DNA of 64,000 nt, from the NCBI GenBank assembly GCA_030295235.1, contig AP026167.1:248001-312000 (forward strand). The letters are read 5' to 3'. Numbering within the stretch: the stretch's first letter is position 1; each line of letters starts with the position of its first letter. Source of the DNA: Fistulifera solaris (lineage: Eukaryota). Below, piece after piece: positions 12,489-26,167 of the stretch. The translations under genes were made by a program, and so were the position numbers. The notes under the pieces were generated by a model. The model did not search any database and was not told the origin of the DNA. It worked only from the letters and a program-made list of their open reading frames with translations.

Positions 12489-12902
12489 AATAATGCAGCT
12501 GCTTATCTCTTTTTCGAATAAAGGAAATAATTTATAACTGAAAGGCACTACACAAAGACTGTTTTATGCTCTTATTTTTCACTGCTTCTCGCGAATACGT
12601 AATGTCACTTACGGTAAAACGAGGAATCAATCGTTAATCGTGCCTCGTCATTCGTCATGGTCATCATCATCATCATCGATCGCTCAGTCGCCCTCGAGAG
12701 ATGAAATAAAAATAGAACGAAGAACGAAGAACTTCGAGCGGCATGACGAACGACGAGCGGACGATTGGGTCTTGAGAGATCGTGAATGAAAAGGATCGCA
12801 TTGCTTATTGTATTTTTGGTTGTCATTTCATTTCATTTCATCCATCCAACACAAAAGCATTCATCCTTTTGTCTGTGTACCTCGTCTTCCTCTTCAGCAA
12901 CA

Positions 12903-14135
12903 ATGACAACAGCTACTAACAGCATTTACATGGTCACCATGTCCGCTCCAACAAACATTGCGGTCATTAAATATTGGGGCAAAGCCGACACACACTACAA
13001 CACACCCATCAATTCCTCGCTGTCCGTGACGCTGGATCAAACGGAGTTACGAGCCATAACGACCATCGCTGTCTCCAAACAATTCACAAAAGATCGCTTT
13101 TGGTTGAATGGTGTCGAAGAAGACGAACTATTGCACAGTCCACGATTCCGAGCGTGTATTGAAGGAGTACAAAAATTAGCGCAAGATCATTACGATGCGC
13201 AAGGCAATTTAATCTATTCCAAAGAAGACTGGAAACACTTGCATTTGCACATTTCGTCGTACAATACCTTCCCGACAGCGGCCGGATTGGCGAGTTCGGC
13301 TGCCGGATATGCGGCCCTCGTCGCGGCCTTGTGTCAACTTTATCACGCCGTGGAAACCTTTCCGGGAGAATTCAGTACCATCGCACGACAGGGCAGTGGT
13401 TCGGCGTGTCGTTCCATGTACGGTGGTATTGTGGCCTGGCGACAGGGAACTCCCAAACAAGAATGGCGAGACAGTAAAGCGGAACCGGTGCTAGAGGATT
13501 GGCCCCAACTTCGGGCACTCTTGTTGGTGGTCAGTGATAGTAAGAAAGATACCAGTAGTACGACCGGCATGCAAACATCGGTACAAACGTCTATGTTGTT
13601 GCAATACCGGGCCCAACACATTGTTCCGGCGCGCCTGCAAGCCATGGAACAAGCCTGCCACGCCCGTGATTTTGGCACATTTGCCCAATTGACCATGCAA
13701 GATTCGAATCAATTTCACGCGACTTGCTTGGATACGTATCCGCCCATTTTTTACATGAATGATATTTCTCGTCAAATTGTGCGGATTGTGACCGTCTACA
13801 ATTCATGGGCGGGAGAATTGCGGGCGGCGTACACATTTGATGCGGGTCCGAATGCCGTCATTTATTGCTTGGAGCAGCACCAGCAGCATCTAGCAGCACT
13901 TTTGTGTCATTATTTTCCCATTCCCAAAGGCGCTCTTTCGGGTCTGGATACTAGCAGTATGGCACTGGAAGAGTCGCTGTTGCAAGCGTGCAATGAAACC
14001 GGGCGGATTCCGCGGATGGGGGATGTGCAAACCATGTATGCCACCAAACCCGGTCCCGGACCGCTGGTAGTGACCGATGTTTGTAATTTGGATCCAGAGA
14101 CGGGTCTCAATTGTTATGTTCCTTCTTTGAAATAA
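12903..14135 (+). CDS. MVD: Diphosphomevalonate decarboxylase
   Basis: APTNIAVIKYWGK, FPTAAGLASSAAG (GHMP), ARQGSGSACRS, DSNQFHA, AYTFDAGPNA. Confidence 0.97.
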   Translation: MTTATNSIYMVTMSAPTNIAVIKYWGKADTHYNTPINSSLSVTLDQTELRAITTIAVSKQFTKDRFWLNGVEEDELLHSPRFRACIEGVQKLAQDHYDAQGNLIYSKEDWKHLHLHISSYNTFPTAAGLASSAAGYAALVAALCQLYHAVETFPGEFSTIARQGSGSACRSMYGGIVAWRQGTPKQEWRDSKAEPVLEDWPQLRALLLVVSDSKKDTSSTTGMQTSVQTSMLLQYRAQHIVPARLQAMEQACHARDFGTFAQLTMQDSNQFHATCLDTYPPIFYMNDISRQIVRIVTVYNSWAGELRAAYTFDAGPNAVIYCLEQHQQHLAALLCHYFPIPKGALSGLDTSSMALEESLLQACNETGRIPRMGDVQTMYATKPGPGPLVVTDVCNLDPETGLNCYVPSLK

Positions 14136-14632
14136 GCCTCTCAAATAACAACTGTCCTGTGATCACATAAAATGTCGAGTTAATTTGATTGCTTGTTTAG
14201 AAATGATGATTCAGCCTGTATTAAATTTGGTTATACAGCTCTTTCGATACGAAGACGCATTGGTATGTCCCGTCTCGTGTTATTTGATTGGCACCGTCTC
14301 CAAGAATAAGCAACTATGGTCTCCTTAAGTTAGCTTCGGACTGCATCCCCATGTCGCACCGTCGCAACAATGAGGTCTCAAAAAAATAATGTAAGGTAGT
14401 ACCAGTCGTAAGCTTACCGGTTCTAAGTAAGTGTGAGGGTAAGCTACTACGGAGTATTTTGGCGACATCCATTGCATTATTTTTACGAATGCAGCCGACA
14501 AAAATTCAATAAATAAATGAACTGTAATGCTTTGCCGTTTGATTATTGCTTGTAACCTCTCTCAATAGCACAGTAACAAAATACTCGTAGGATATGAATG
14601 AGTGCAGTCATTCGTAGAAGACGAAGCCTCAG

Positions 14633-15686
14633 ATGACGACACTTGACAATTTGTCAGACGATCTACTCTCCATTGCTCTCAAATATCTTGACCCCTCAGA
14701 TCTTTGGCGATTAGGGCTCGTTTGTCGCAAGTTTCACGGAAAAGATCCGGATTGAAATGCCCTTCAGAAAGAATTTGAAAGGAGAGATCTGACTTTGTCG
14801 AAGCAATATCCGTCGGATAGTCCTCTCATTGGTGTTTTCAATCCCCGTCAGCGCGTCATTGCGTTTGAGCGATGCAGCTCATTTGCAAGGGAAATGACAC
14901 AAGAAGCACAACGACACGAGACTTGTGGTAGTTCTTGTAATATGCCTGACTCTAAATTTCTCGATTTACACGCATGGATCCCAGAATCAATGAATGGACT
15001 ACGAGGTGGAAAACACTATCTATTTTTCTGTCAAGTTACTCGTAGTGACAATCTCTTGTGGCGAGACTTCGTGAAGGAATACTATCTGAAGCCGGACTTA
15101 GAGAGTCCTATGGATGATCTTCGCCGTTTGCCGGACGGTACGCTGAAAAAAGTTGCGAAGTTGTTAGGCGCCGAGAAAGGCAAACTTTGGGAACATTTTA
15201 ATGATTGCTTTGTTGAGGGGTCGGAAGTCACGCTTCATCTTGACACTAGCAACGTAGTCGAACTGGGAAAAACTTTGTATGGGCTCTGATCTACACGTGA
15301 CACTGGTCAGTCTGATCCTTTCTCAAGACGAAGGGGGGGGGGTTGGGGGGCAGCCACCCGAGTTACGGCTTCATTACTCGTCGTGGTGGCATTATGTTCG
15401 CCTACCTCCTCTGAACGAAGGCTCACCGTCCGTCAACGTTTTGCGCGACCAACGCATAGCAGTCCACAATCGGGAGTACGCTGACTACGCTACCTTAGTT
15501 TTGATCTGGAACACGATGTCTTCTCTTCATAGCATGTCTCTTTGCTATAATTTTGACAACTGAAAAGATAATGATAGGGACCTTCATCAGTATATTGACG
15601 GAGCTGATTATTACTACGACGGTGAAAGTTTCGAGGATTATGACGATAACAGTGGAAGTTATGAGGATTATGAGTTTCCCGATTAG
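14633..15686 (+). pseudogene. F-box-like protein, disrupted copy (in-frame TGA at 14753 and 15561, frameshift near 15270)
   Basis: MTTLDNLSDDLLSIALKYLDPSDLWRLGLVCRKF is F-box-like. Colinear with the 16323 paralog (DSPL, FERCS.FA..MT..AQRH, LHLDTSNV, PELRLHYSS). Confidence 0.7.
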
Positions 15687-16322
15687 AATTGATTGTGCAT
15701 TATTCAAAGGCAGTTCAAAGGAGCTACTGCAGAATGTAATGCGGGGATGTGCAAAGGTGCAAATGGTAAATTACCGATGTATGTCGCTTATGGGTCCGAA
15801 AGAACACACGCAACCTTTTATTCCCGTTCAGAAAGAATTTGTGCAACAGAGTCTGCTAGCTGGGCTCGCCTAATGATATTGTACAATTTACGCTGCAATG
15901 GCTACAGCAGAACTGCAATTGTTTTTGTTGCTCACGGCATCATAGATTTACATGCTAAATACAATGGAAACGCCGATGTTGATGATAGCACTACTGGCTG
16001 TTGGACAGAAGTATTTTAATTCTCGTTGGGACTCGTCAACGATCTCACCGGTTTTCATGCGAAAATCCAGCTTCCCTCGCGCCAAATTGCTTGCCTACCT
16101 AGTACTTGGTTCTCTTGTTGAGAACTTCCGTCTCACAATATCGATCCCCTATCGTATTCCCACGAATCATCAACGTCCCGTCTTTTTTCTGTTCATTACA
16201 ACCATACGAATAAAAAGCAGCGCCAGTTTCCACTTGCTCGAAGGGCACAGAGTAACCCACATGGCCGACGAGAAGAAAAACACCCCTATCTTTCATTTCA
16301 GTTGATATCGCTCTTTGAAACA

Positions 16323-17286
16323 ATGTCAGTTTTGTTCGATTTACCAAATGATGTGTTCTCCAGCTGTATCCTCAAGTATCTTACCAGCACGGATCTTTGG
16401 CGCCTACAAGGTGTTTCTCGTCGCTTTCGCCAGAATGATTTGACAAAGAATGCCATTCAGAGAGAAATCGTAGCCAGGGATAAGACTTTAATCCTGTCAC
16501 AGAATTATCTCCCGGACAGTCCTCTCATGTATATTTTCGATCATGCTCGGCGCGTATTGTCGTTTGAGCGATGTAGCGACTTCGCTTGGAAAATGACACG
16601 GCAAGCACAGAGGCATCAAAGGCGTGGTTTTTTCTTGTAAGAGGTCTGGCTGTAAATGCCTTGACCTACATGCTGACATCCCGGAATTAGCGAATGGAAA
16701 GCGTGATGGAAAGATTTATTTGTTTTTCGTGCAGTTCACTTCCAAGGGCGAGCTGCTTTGGGAAGGATTTCTTCGGGATTACGATCCACAAGGCGACGTG
16801 ATCACTCCCATGGACGACCTTCTCCGTAAGCCCGATGGAGAATTAAACGAAGTTACTGAGATGCTAGGACCGGTAGTTGGTGACGTTTGGGTCCAGTTTG
16901 AGCAAAGCTACGTGGAGGAGTCTAACGTGGAGTTACACCTCGACACTAGCAACGTCTCGAACTTGACCAAAGAGGATGTGAATTCTTCTCTGCATGTGAC
17001 ACTTATCAGTCTGATTCATTCACCCGAGCAGTCGGCGTCAATACCAGAGCTACGACTGCACTACTCGTCGGAGGGATGCCCACAGCTGTCTTCACCTACC
17101 TACGAGTCGCCGTCGGTCGACATTTTGCATGACCAATACGTGACCTTGAGGAAGAACGATCATGCGACTCCTTTCTTGATTTGGAAGTCGAAACCTTGCC
17201 TTCATAGTTTTTCTCTGCTTTACAACTTCGACTTTGATACGTATACATTCGACCGTGATATGTTTTACGACTTTTTCGACGAATGA
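16323..17286 (+). CDS. F-box-like protein; frameshift in the T-run near 16630
   Basis: LFDLPNDVFSSCILKYLTSTDLWRLQGVSRRF is the F-box pattern. The C-terminal domain is shared only with the upstream copy as far as can be seen here. Confidence 0.72.
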
Positions 17287-17607
17287 AAAGAGGTGCAGGC
17301 AATCATGAGAGCTCAACTTGGAAGCGTTACGCACTTGTGGAACTAGCGATTATTTCAGCTTGCTATAAGCGTTTAGGGACCTAGGTATCTTGCATCATTC
17401 GAGCAAACTCATTGTATACTCGCTCGCAAACTTAGTTGTGGTATGTGTCTGGTGCGAGTGCATCGCAATTCATAAGCTTTCAACGCCATTTTCTTCACAG
17501 CCTTAGAAATGAGAATAACCCTACTTGTTAGAGATGCTAGAGATACTCTTTGAAGACAAGTGATGATCATCGCAACCAGCGACGATGTTTTATGAGATTG
17601 CTCTGCT

Positions 17608-18516
17608 TCAAGCATTTGCCACAGCATCATCATCATCTTCCGTGTTATTTCGAACAGCATGATAGGGCTCACCAAACGTATCGGCAAATACCACTTCTTC
17701 CAACGGCAAACGCGGTGTGTATTGAATCCGGTCGGTCGCCGACTCCTCGTATTCGTACCCCATCGCTACCACGAGAGGAACATGATAGCGATCCGGAATC
17801 CGTAATACTTCTTTCATTTGATTGCCATCGAATCCTTCCATCACACATGTCCCTATATCATGCGATGTGGCGGCCAGAATGAACGATTGGGCCATCAATG
17901 CCGTCTGTTTCGTCGACCACGTTTGAATCGGTTCAATTTGGGGCTGTGGCTGTTCGGTGGCTGACGAAAGTACTCGTGTGACGCCCTGTTTCAATGCGGT
18001 CGCCAAATGTCCTTCTCCCAACAAGAAGGATGTATAGAGGGGCAACATGGACAAATACGCCGGATGCCGATGTCCTTGTTCCAATTGCAAAATGCGGGAT
18101 ATCCGTTGACTGGCTTGCAAATCGGCCAAAAGACCACCATGGCGGAACAATCCTTGGTACGATATTGATTCCGGGGTCCTAACATGACATGTTCGGCCAA
18201 TTCTTGCAAGGTTGCGGAATTTTGGACGAGAATTACTTGTGTGGGTTGTAAGTTGAAACTAGTGGGTGTGCGCTGGTGTTGTGGGATGGTGGATAATGAG
18301 GAACAGTTTGCGGTATTTAGACAGCACGAGAATAAGGGACTTATTACATTATACATATATAAGTATCTCAACAAGCAAATAACACGAAATAAAACGTACC
18401 AAAGTCGACTCGAGAATGTCTTGAAGAGTTTCCGGAGGAATGATGCGATCGATTTGAAAGCGATTGATCGTTCTTCGTTGATGTGCAATAGCACGAAAGA
18501 CTTGAGCTTTCGACAT
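17608..18516 (-). CDS. Nitroreductase-family flavoprotein; intron 18273-18399; frameshift near 18130
   Basis: MSKAQVFRAIAHQRRTINRF, RTPTSFNLQP, ILAATSHDIGTCVMEGFD, VVAMGY and PRLPLEEVVF match the nitroreductase pattern. Confidence 0.88.
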
Positions 18517-18938
18517 TTGTTTTTAACCGTTGTTTGATTGATTCAAAAGAAGGTAAGGATGGGCTTGTTGTTGTGACGAATGCTCGATGGAATACATTCT
18601 CATCATCAACAATAATAAACTCATCACAATCCATCGTGGTCAGCTTTTTACTGGTAGTGTGTTTCGTTTTGCAACCATTCGCGTCGCGCTCGTAGTAATT
18701 GTTTTCGTCTGTCCACGTCATCTAGGACCCAGGACTCGTTCGAGTCACGGACGGATCGAATCCGACCGAAAAAACGGCACCGCACAAAAAAAACAGGCTC
18801 GTGTTTTTCTTTCACAGAAAACGGCACGACACACGTTGGAACGAAAAGGATGTTTTATTCTCTTCTCCGCATAATATTATTCTCATAATATCACATCCTC
18901 TTTCTCACAAAACAGAACCAACAAAAACGAACCCAATC

Positions 18939-19241
18939 ATGACGAACATTCAATTGCCCTCTGTCGAAGCTTATAAACATCGTTATCGCGGACAGATCTT
19001 TCGTCCCAAGGCCACGGCGCCCTATTTGGTGCCTTCTTCTTCGGAAAGTGAAGAAGACTTCTCTACAGTGACGAAAGAACGATGGACGATACCCGCCACT
19101 CCTACTAATTCGATCGACGTGGAATTGTGGAAAGATGAAGAAACACGTCAAGCCGATGAAGACATGTTGGATACTTTTCAACGAATGATGGACGATCTGG
19201 TGCGACAAGCTTTTCGCGATATTGATGCCGGCAATTATTAG
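18939..19241 (+). CDS. Small acidic hypothetical protein (about 100 aa)
   Basis: ATG follows a CA-rich 5' leader; the ORF fills the gap between two genes; no domain recognised. Confidence 0.5.
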   Translation: MTNIQLPSVEAYKHRYRGQIFRPKATAPYLVPSSSESEEDFSTVTKERWTIPATPTNSIDVELWKDEETRQADEDMLDTFQRMMDDLVRQAFRDIDAGNY

Positions 19242-19320
19242 CACACAAATTATTGATGAGTATTGATCTAATGAAATAAAACCAAAACACCTCCTTTCTT
19301 CTTTGCACTCGTTCTTTGCC

Positions 19321-21746
19321 TCACATATCCGGAAGAATACCATTCGATCCAGCACGTTCCACCATTTGTCGATACAATCCATTCGGTCGTTTCATGAGTT
19401 CGTCATGGGTCCCTTGTTCTTTCACATATCCATCTTGTATAAAGGCAATGCAATCGGCATGTTGCACCGTGCGCAAGCGGTGTGCCACAATCACGGTCGT
19501 CATGGATCGATTGTTGATCCACCATTCTTCGAGTGCTTGTTGGACGGCCTGTTCGGAGGCAGCATCCAAAGCCGAGGTGGCTTCATCTAACAGCAGTAAA
19601 GATGGATTCAGTATAATGGCCCGTGCAATAGCGATGCGCTGCTTTTGTCCACCAGATAATTGGACACCCCGTTCTCCCACGGTCGTTGCGTAACGATCAG
19701 GAAAACGGTCAATAAAGCCATCGGCGTGAGCCAAGTGGGCCACGCGTTGCACTTCTTCCAAGGAAACCCTTCTGTGGACCCCGTATGTAATATTGTCAAA
19801 AGTGTGCCGGAAAAGAGGACCGGATCTTGTGTGACGACTCCAATGTGACGACGGTGTTGCACAAGATCCATTGCTTTCAAATCCATTCCGTCGATGCGGA
19901 TAATCCCATCAATTGGATCATAAAAACGTTGAAGTAGATTAATAATGGTGGTTTTCCCACATCCCGAACATCCGACCAAGGCCATGGATTTCCCGTGAGG
20001 GATTTCTAAATGTAGATTTTGTAGCACGGGTTGATTGGGTCTACTGGGATAACAAAAGTTGATTCCAATCAGTTCCACATGGTATTTTTGCGGCTCCTGA
20101 ATCGAATTTTCAAATCTTTCGCCATGGTCAGTATCGCGAGATTCATCGGCCCGTACCGATAAAGCGTTCACCGACGGGGGCGGCGGCATTCGGTCCAACA
20201 ACTCGAATACCTTATCTCCAGCTCCCGATGATTTGATCAGGGACGAATACGATTGAAATAAATTCAGCGTTTCATTCTGCAATTGACCTTGGTATAGCAT
20301 AAAGGCAAGTAGTACTTCCGGTGTCAGTTTGTGCTGCGATATCAAAACCGATCCAATCCACAGTAGTGAGGCTTGAACGATCGTGTTGATGAGAAATGTG
20401 CTGACACTCATGTAATAAACACCTGTCATGAAGAGCTGACGAATATTGAGTTGAAATTGACGTTCGATTCGGTGAATGTATCGATTCCATTCCTTCTGCT
20501 CGGCGGCAAAGGCAATGACTGTCCTAATGTTGGCCAACGCTTCCTGCGCCACCGCATTGGCTTCGGCTAGAGCTTCTTGCACTTGTGTGGCATTTTGACG
20601 CAACCAATCCCCGTACATTTTGTTGATGATGGCCACCAATGGGATGATACACAAAGTGCAAGCTCCCAGTGTCGGACTCCGAATCATTAAATACGTGATG
20701 ATCCCCACAATACGGACAACTGACTCGACACTGAATCGAAAAAACCAGGTCAAATCTCCCGCCATTTCACTGCAATCGCTACTAAGACGACTGGACAGTT
20801 CACCGGACGAGTGAGTATCAAAGAAGGCTACCTCTTGTCGAATGATCTTGGCAAACAAATCCAAGCGCACCCCTCGAACGATCCGTTGATTGGCGTACCC
20901 GAACAAGAAAATGCACCAAAAGTCCAAGGCAGCATCGATGCTTCCAAAAATGAATAGTAACAGGATTTCGTGTTGCGCTTTGGAAAAGTCTCCGTGACCG
21001 AGTGCCGACAGGGTCGTCGAAACAAAGTGGGGAATGGATAAAGAAAAAGGAAGTCGAATCAATAGGGCGATGCAGCCGGCATACAAATACAACACTTCGG
21101 GTGCTGCTAATTGCAGTAGTCGAGTCGTTCCTCGAATGCGATTGCTTGCATGGGTTTCATTGTCTGTAGGAGAAGCTTCATCCTCGGGTGCCGAATCATT
21201 GTCGTCGTCATCCATTTCGAGCAGACGATAACCTCCATCTTCATCATCTTTTCCGTGCATGTCATGATCCCAAGAAACAAGATGACTGTTATTGGACGCT
21301 TCCTGCGGAAGATCATTCATGGGTTGAAAAATCACTTCTTCTTCTTCTTCTTTTTCGTCATCGGCGGGCGGCCAAAAGGAAGTCATCAATCCAACGCATG
21401 CCGCCACAAAGATCCACGCTCCACCGATCAAAAATAATAGTGAGGAGGACAGAGTTCCCAAAATTACGAGAGTGAGACCCGTGCAACATGAAGTTGACAG
21501 TGCCCCGCGACACAGTTGCACCGACGACGACGACGATGATGATGATGATGATGTAGGGTCATCACAAAAACGATCGCCGAGATGAGGAATCGTCAGCCAC
21601 AAATTCGATGCCGCCTGACTAACGAGTATTACCACGACCAGCAGTGTTTCATTGGAAGCGTTTTGATACTTCCAGCCCACCGCGACGACAATGAGACCCG
21701 CCTGGGCCAGACAGGAGAAGAGACTCGTCCAAAGGCTGGAATGCAT
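19321..21746 (-). CDS. ABCB (TAP/ABCB9-like) half transporter with an extra N-terminal TM region; frameshift near 19790
   Basis: [15 protein letters not shown], Walker A GCSGCGKT, signature [23 protein letters not shown]. Confidence 0.92.
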
Positions 21747-22053
21747 GATTGTTTCGGATCCTCGAGTCTAGAAAATTCATTCAAAATTAGTTAGTTCTAT
21801 GTTAGCATTGATTGAGATGATTTTTTCGTTCTTTTGGTGTGTGTATGTGTGTTTGTCAAGTAAACTTTGTTAGCACGTATGGTGAACGAGGAAGCGAATA
21901 AGCGAAGCGGCAGAAGAAGTTGTGAAAAGGAGAAGGTGTCATCATGGTCACGCGTTTTTTCGTCGTGTGAAAAACTGTTTCATCTGTCGCATCGGTGAAC
22001 TAGGTTTCATAGTAACCGAGAAAAATGGCTTCACTTATCTTTCACAATAAATC

Positions 22054-25000
22054 TTATGGTTGCATCCACTGGCCTCGCAATCGCAGGGCCACACTTTCCA
22101 ATTGCTGCGAAGCGGCTCGACTGGCCGCCCGCATTTCACGAAGTTGTGTCCGCGGGGCTTTTTTCGGTATTGGTCAAATCAATCAGTTTCACCGAGGCCT
22201 TCTGCAGGCGCGATTGAACCAATGCGGTTTGGAGTAATATGGAATCATCATCTTTCGTTTTTTGCGCCAACGGTAGGGGCAGGGGAGCTAGTTCCGACAC
22301 GGCCTTGGCCGTAGCAATCGCTTGCCATTTCCATGATTCACGTAGAGCTTCTTGCAACGCAGGACGAAACAGTGAGGCTTCAAGTGAAAGGTTCGTGTCG
22401 GGTCGATTGTTGGAGGATAAGTCACTGATCGAGGTGAGGGCACGGCGTGGAGCTCCCTTTGCGGCCGCTGGCGGTATCTTTGAGAGATCGTATTTCGTTC
22501 TCGTATTCATCGACTTGATGTTGCAAGACTTCCATTGCTTCCATCAACTGGTACACAAAAAAGAAAGCGATGAGTCGCAGTTCACATCCGTATACACATG
22601 TTAATAAACACTGAAGCTGGTACGTACCACTCGATTCTCTTCTATGAGCGTGTTGTATTCTTGTGATGATTTCAAGTCCGTCGACAGATTTCGCGGAGCG
22701 GTGACGTTTGACTTGGCCAGCATTCGTTCAAGTTCTGACAGACGAGCATTTTGCATGGCAAGCTCCTTAGCCCGGGACGATAGGTTCTGAAGGATCGTGT
22801 GTCCGGTGAGTAAAATTTATTGAATAAAGATCCATCATAGCTTTGATAACTTACCTTCTCGAGAATCGCAATCTTGCTTTCAGCATTATGCAGCTTGGGT
22901 TCGTTTTCAACAGCGGTAGACAAACTGTTCTCAACTTGACGCGATCGGATCAGATAATTGACATCTTCGCCATCACCATCGATTTCTCTAACGGTCTTGA
23001 AGAGAGCGGAAAGTCGATCCCAAACGTCATCTGCTTCCGGTGATAAAGGATGAAAGGAGCGTTCTTCAGTCGGATTCAAGTTTGCAGCTCGAAGCGCCGC
23101 AGAAAGCAGATTAAGTGACCGACGTGCCGAATCGACAGCAGCTTCACATGCATTCATATCGCCACTCGCCAAAATAACCTCATGGACTGACTGTAAAAGC
23201 AGCGATGAATCTGTTTTAACAGATGACACCAGGGTAGCAAAATTCGACACCATACTCTCACTCGTAATATTAATGTTGGCGAAACGCAAACATGCTGATG
23301 ATGCTTGTACGCCGCACTGCTCCACTTTGTTGTAGATTTCGTTCAGAGACGTTGCTTCGGTGGAGTCTTCTGCATTGATCACCGACGATAACATGGCAGC
23401 AGCACCCATGCACGAAAATTTGGACAGTGATACTTCCTTCAGTAAACTAAGACCTGGGGGTTCCAACCAGTTGGTACAAGTGGACCTTCTTCGCGGTCCA
23501 GGTCTGTTTCTAATTGATGCAACGTGTTTATGGTTGCTTGGCGCAAACGTTCGATATTGGATTGCTCTGCTATCAATGCGCCTTCCTCCTTCATCGACTG
23601 AAGCACATTACCCAAAACTAAATCCAGGTCCAACATCGAATGACTGAGTAGGGCTCCAAGTTCACCGGACACTTCAGGACTAAGTAGATCTGGCCATTGA
23701 CCTGCTGCAATGTAGCGAATGAGACCGCTGGATACATTGACGATATCAAGAGCATACTCGGCCTGATGAAACAACGTCGCGACTTCCGCTTTGACTTCGT
23801 CAGATACTGCGACATTCCCAATCGCATTCTTCTGTTCCGAGGGGATAGGGGGACGAATAGATCTGGTAAATGAAGTGGTGATTGCTGCTAACGACTGCGA
23901 TGCCTTGCTCACTACCTTGGCGGTCAGCAATTCTCCCTTGATGGCAGCAACTTCTGCACCCACCGCAGAATGTGGTATCAATGCTTCCAAGCGCGTTGAT
24001 AGCTGCCGATAAATTTGTTGATCAATTTTATCCATAACAGCTTTAGCCTCACGCTTACGCAGAGCGGCCGCATCGGCCACCAGTTGGGCCGCTTTCGCCA
24101 ACGCCTTTTGGGATGACGCTATGAGACTCTTCTGCTTGCCCTCCCCGCCTTCTTGAAGATCGATGAGAGTTTGCTTTTCTATCTTCAGCGTCTCCACGGT
24201 GGTTCGATAATTTGCGATAGTTCGGCGCATATCTTCTTCGCGACGGCGTTGCCTTAATTGACAACAAAAGGGTAAGCGCAAGCTCCATCTAATTAAAAGC
24301 CAACGAAGTACGAAGTCAAAACAACTTACATTTTGATGGCCTCTTCCAGATTGCGAATAATTGTATCGCGACCTTCCAGATCTCGATTGATGGCTTTGAG
24401 TTCATCCGCTTGCACTTCTTCCATTTCCGCTGCCAATTCTGCCGCTTCCTCCAATTCACGAATGGTGGATTGAAGCTGGACAATATCTTCCTCCAATGAC
24501 AAGACGCGGTCGCTCAAGTCTTCAACCATTCCTTCAAACGCCGCTCCCTGCTCCACCATATCCTTAAGTTCGTTAATTTCATCTTCCATCCGCGCTTTAA
24601 GTTGTCGAAGAGACTCCAACTCGTTCATCATTGATTGACTGGAAGCTATTTCCTTTTCAGCATCTCGCAATTGGCGTTGCAACTCCATCTTTTCGACCGA
24701 AGACTGTTCTCGGACACGAATTAGCGCTTGTCGGAAACGGGCATTTTGCAATGCTAGTGCCTGTGCCTTGTCTTCGGCATCCATGTCTCCCATGGCCTCA
24801 ACGTCCACGGCACGCTCGTTAACCTGTTTGGCATCTTCCAATTCTAATCGCAATTCGTCCACTTGTATCTGTGCCGTTTCTGCATCAATTTTGAGTTCTT
24901 CGTACCGATCTTCCAGAATTTCCTTTTCTTCTAGTAGCTGCTCTTTGTCCAATGTCAAGTCTTCCAACGCATTCTCCAATTCTAAATGTTCCTTTTCCAA

Positions 25001-25645
25001 TTGCTCGATTTTGCGCCTATAGGTACTGATTTCTGCTTGTAATTTGGCCCGTTCCTTGTAATGCTCCGTACTGATACTATTTCGCGATTCCTGCTCCGCG
25101 AGTGAATGTTTCAAGTGCGAAAGTTCTGATTGCACTTGAATCGCGGCCTCTTGTTCCTCCTGACGCAATTGTTGCATGCGCTCGAGTTCTTGTTGCAATA
25201 GTTGCACTTCACGCGCGGCGGTTTGCAGTTGCACTTGTAATTCGGCACTCCGATCCGAATCCCCTTCCTGCGAGGATGATACAGTACTGGCTTGTTGTAA
25301 TTCTTGGCGCAATTGTTCCACTTGTTGCTGATACTTGGTTTTCATTACTTCTAATTCCTTTTGCGAAGATTGTTTCTGCTCCACTAACTGCACTTTCAAT
25401 GTATCGAGTTCCTGATGCAATGCTTCCATTTCTTTCTTATTCGAAGTGAAGGAATCGACGGTGGTCGTGACACGTACAGGACTGCGCGCTGTGACAGTTT
25501 CGGACAACTGCTCCGCATCCACTGCTGTGGTTGCGCTGGTACTGATTTCTTTCTTACTCTCCTGCAAGGCCGCTCTCCGTTTGCGAATATCTTCCAGACG
25601 AGCTTTCATCGCGGAAGAATCACTTTGGTTACCGGTAGTAGTAGC

Positions 25646-25678
<33 letters not shown>

Positions 25679-26167
25679 TGTTGTATCGGCTGTCGTTGTG
25701 CGTGAAGAAGGAGGTTTGGCAGACGGTGTTGGGGCGGGTGTGTTCGCAGGAGTTTTCACGCTCGTGGTGCTCGGTATCGCACTACTCCTTTGCTTGGCGG
25801 GTGTTGCAAAATCACTGACTGTTGTTGTAGAAGCTGTCGCAGTACTCGTAATATTGCTACTACTACCTCCCGTCGCCAATTCTCGTTTGAGTCGCAATTG
25901 CTCCAACCTTGTTAAATTTCGTTTCTCGACACTGGCCGCCTTGACAAAGATCCCACAATTCGTTGGACAATTGGTGAAATATTCGACACCTTGGACGGTC
26001 CCATCATTTTTCCCTAACCCCGTCGAAGATCCCGTCAAACGAATCCCGACCCATTCATCACCAGCATCAAATTGCACTGGGCCGAGAAACGCCACAATGC
26101 CTTCGAGGGCACTGCCGTTTTCGCGGACGACACGGACGGGGTCGTTCAATTGCAATGCTTCGGGCAT
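22054..26167 (-). CDS. DCTN1: Dynactin p150Glued; introns 24253-24329, about 22785-22853 and about 22550-22628; frameshifts near 23458, 22680 and 22160
   Basis: N-terminal CAP-Gly (WVGIRL..GKNDGTVQGVEYF..CGIFVK), S/T-rich linker, long coiled coil with LEDLTLDKE and EGMVEDLSDR. Confidence 0.88.
25636..25680. repeat. (GTA)n coding microsatellite encoding poly-Thr in the dynactin linker
   Basis: Near-perfect trinucleotide run. Confidence 0.9.

Noticed and set aside
14203..14250. ATGA...AA...GA hairpin after MVD resembling a SECIS element
   Set aside because: Pairing next to the putative quartet is poor, and MVD has no in-frame TGA.
14633..15900. In-frame TGAs in the F-box copy read as selenocysteine or readthrough
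   Set aside because: They do not align with Cys in the paralog, no convincing SECIS was seen downstream, and the copy has other lesions.
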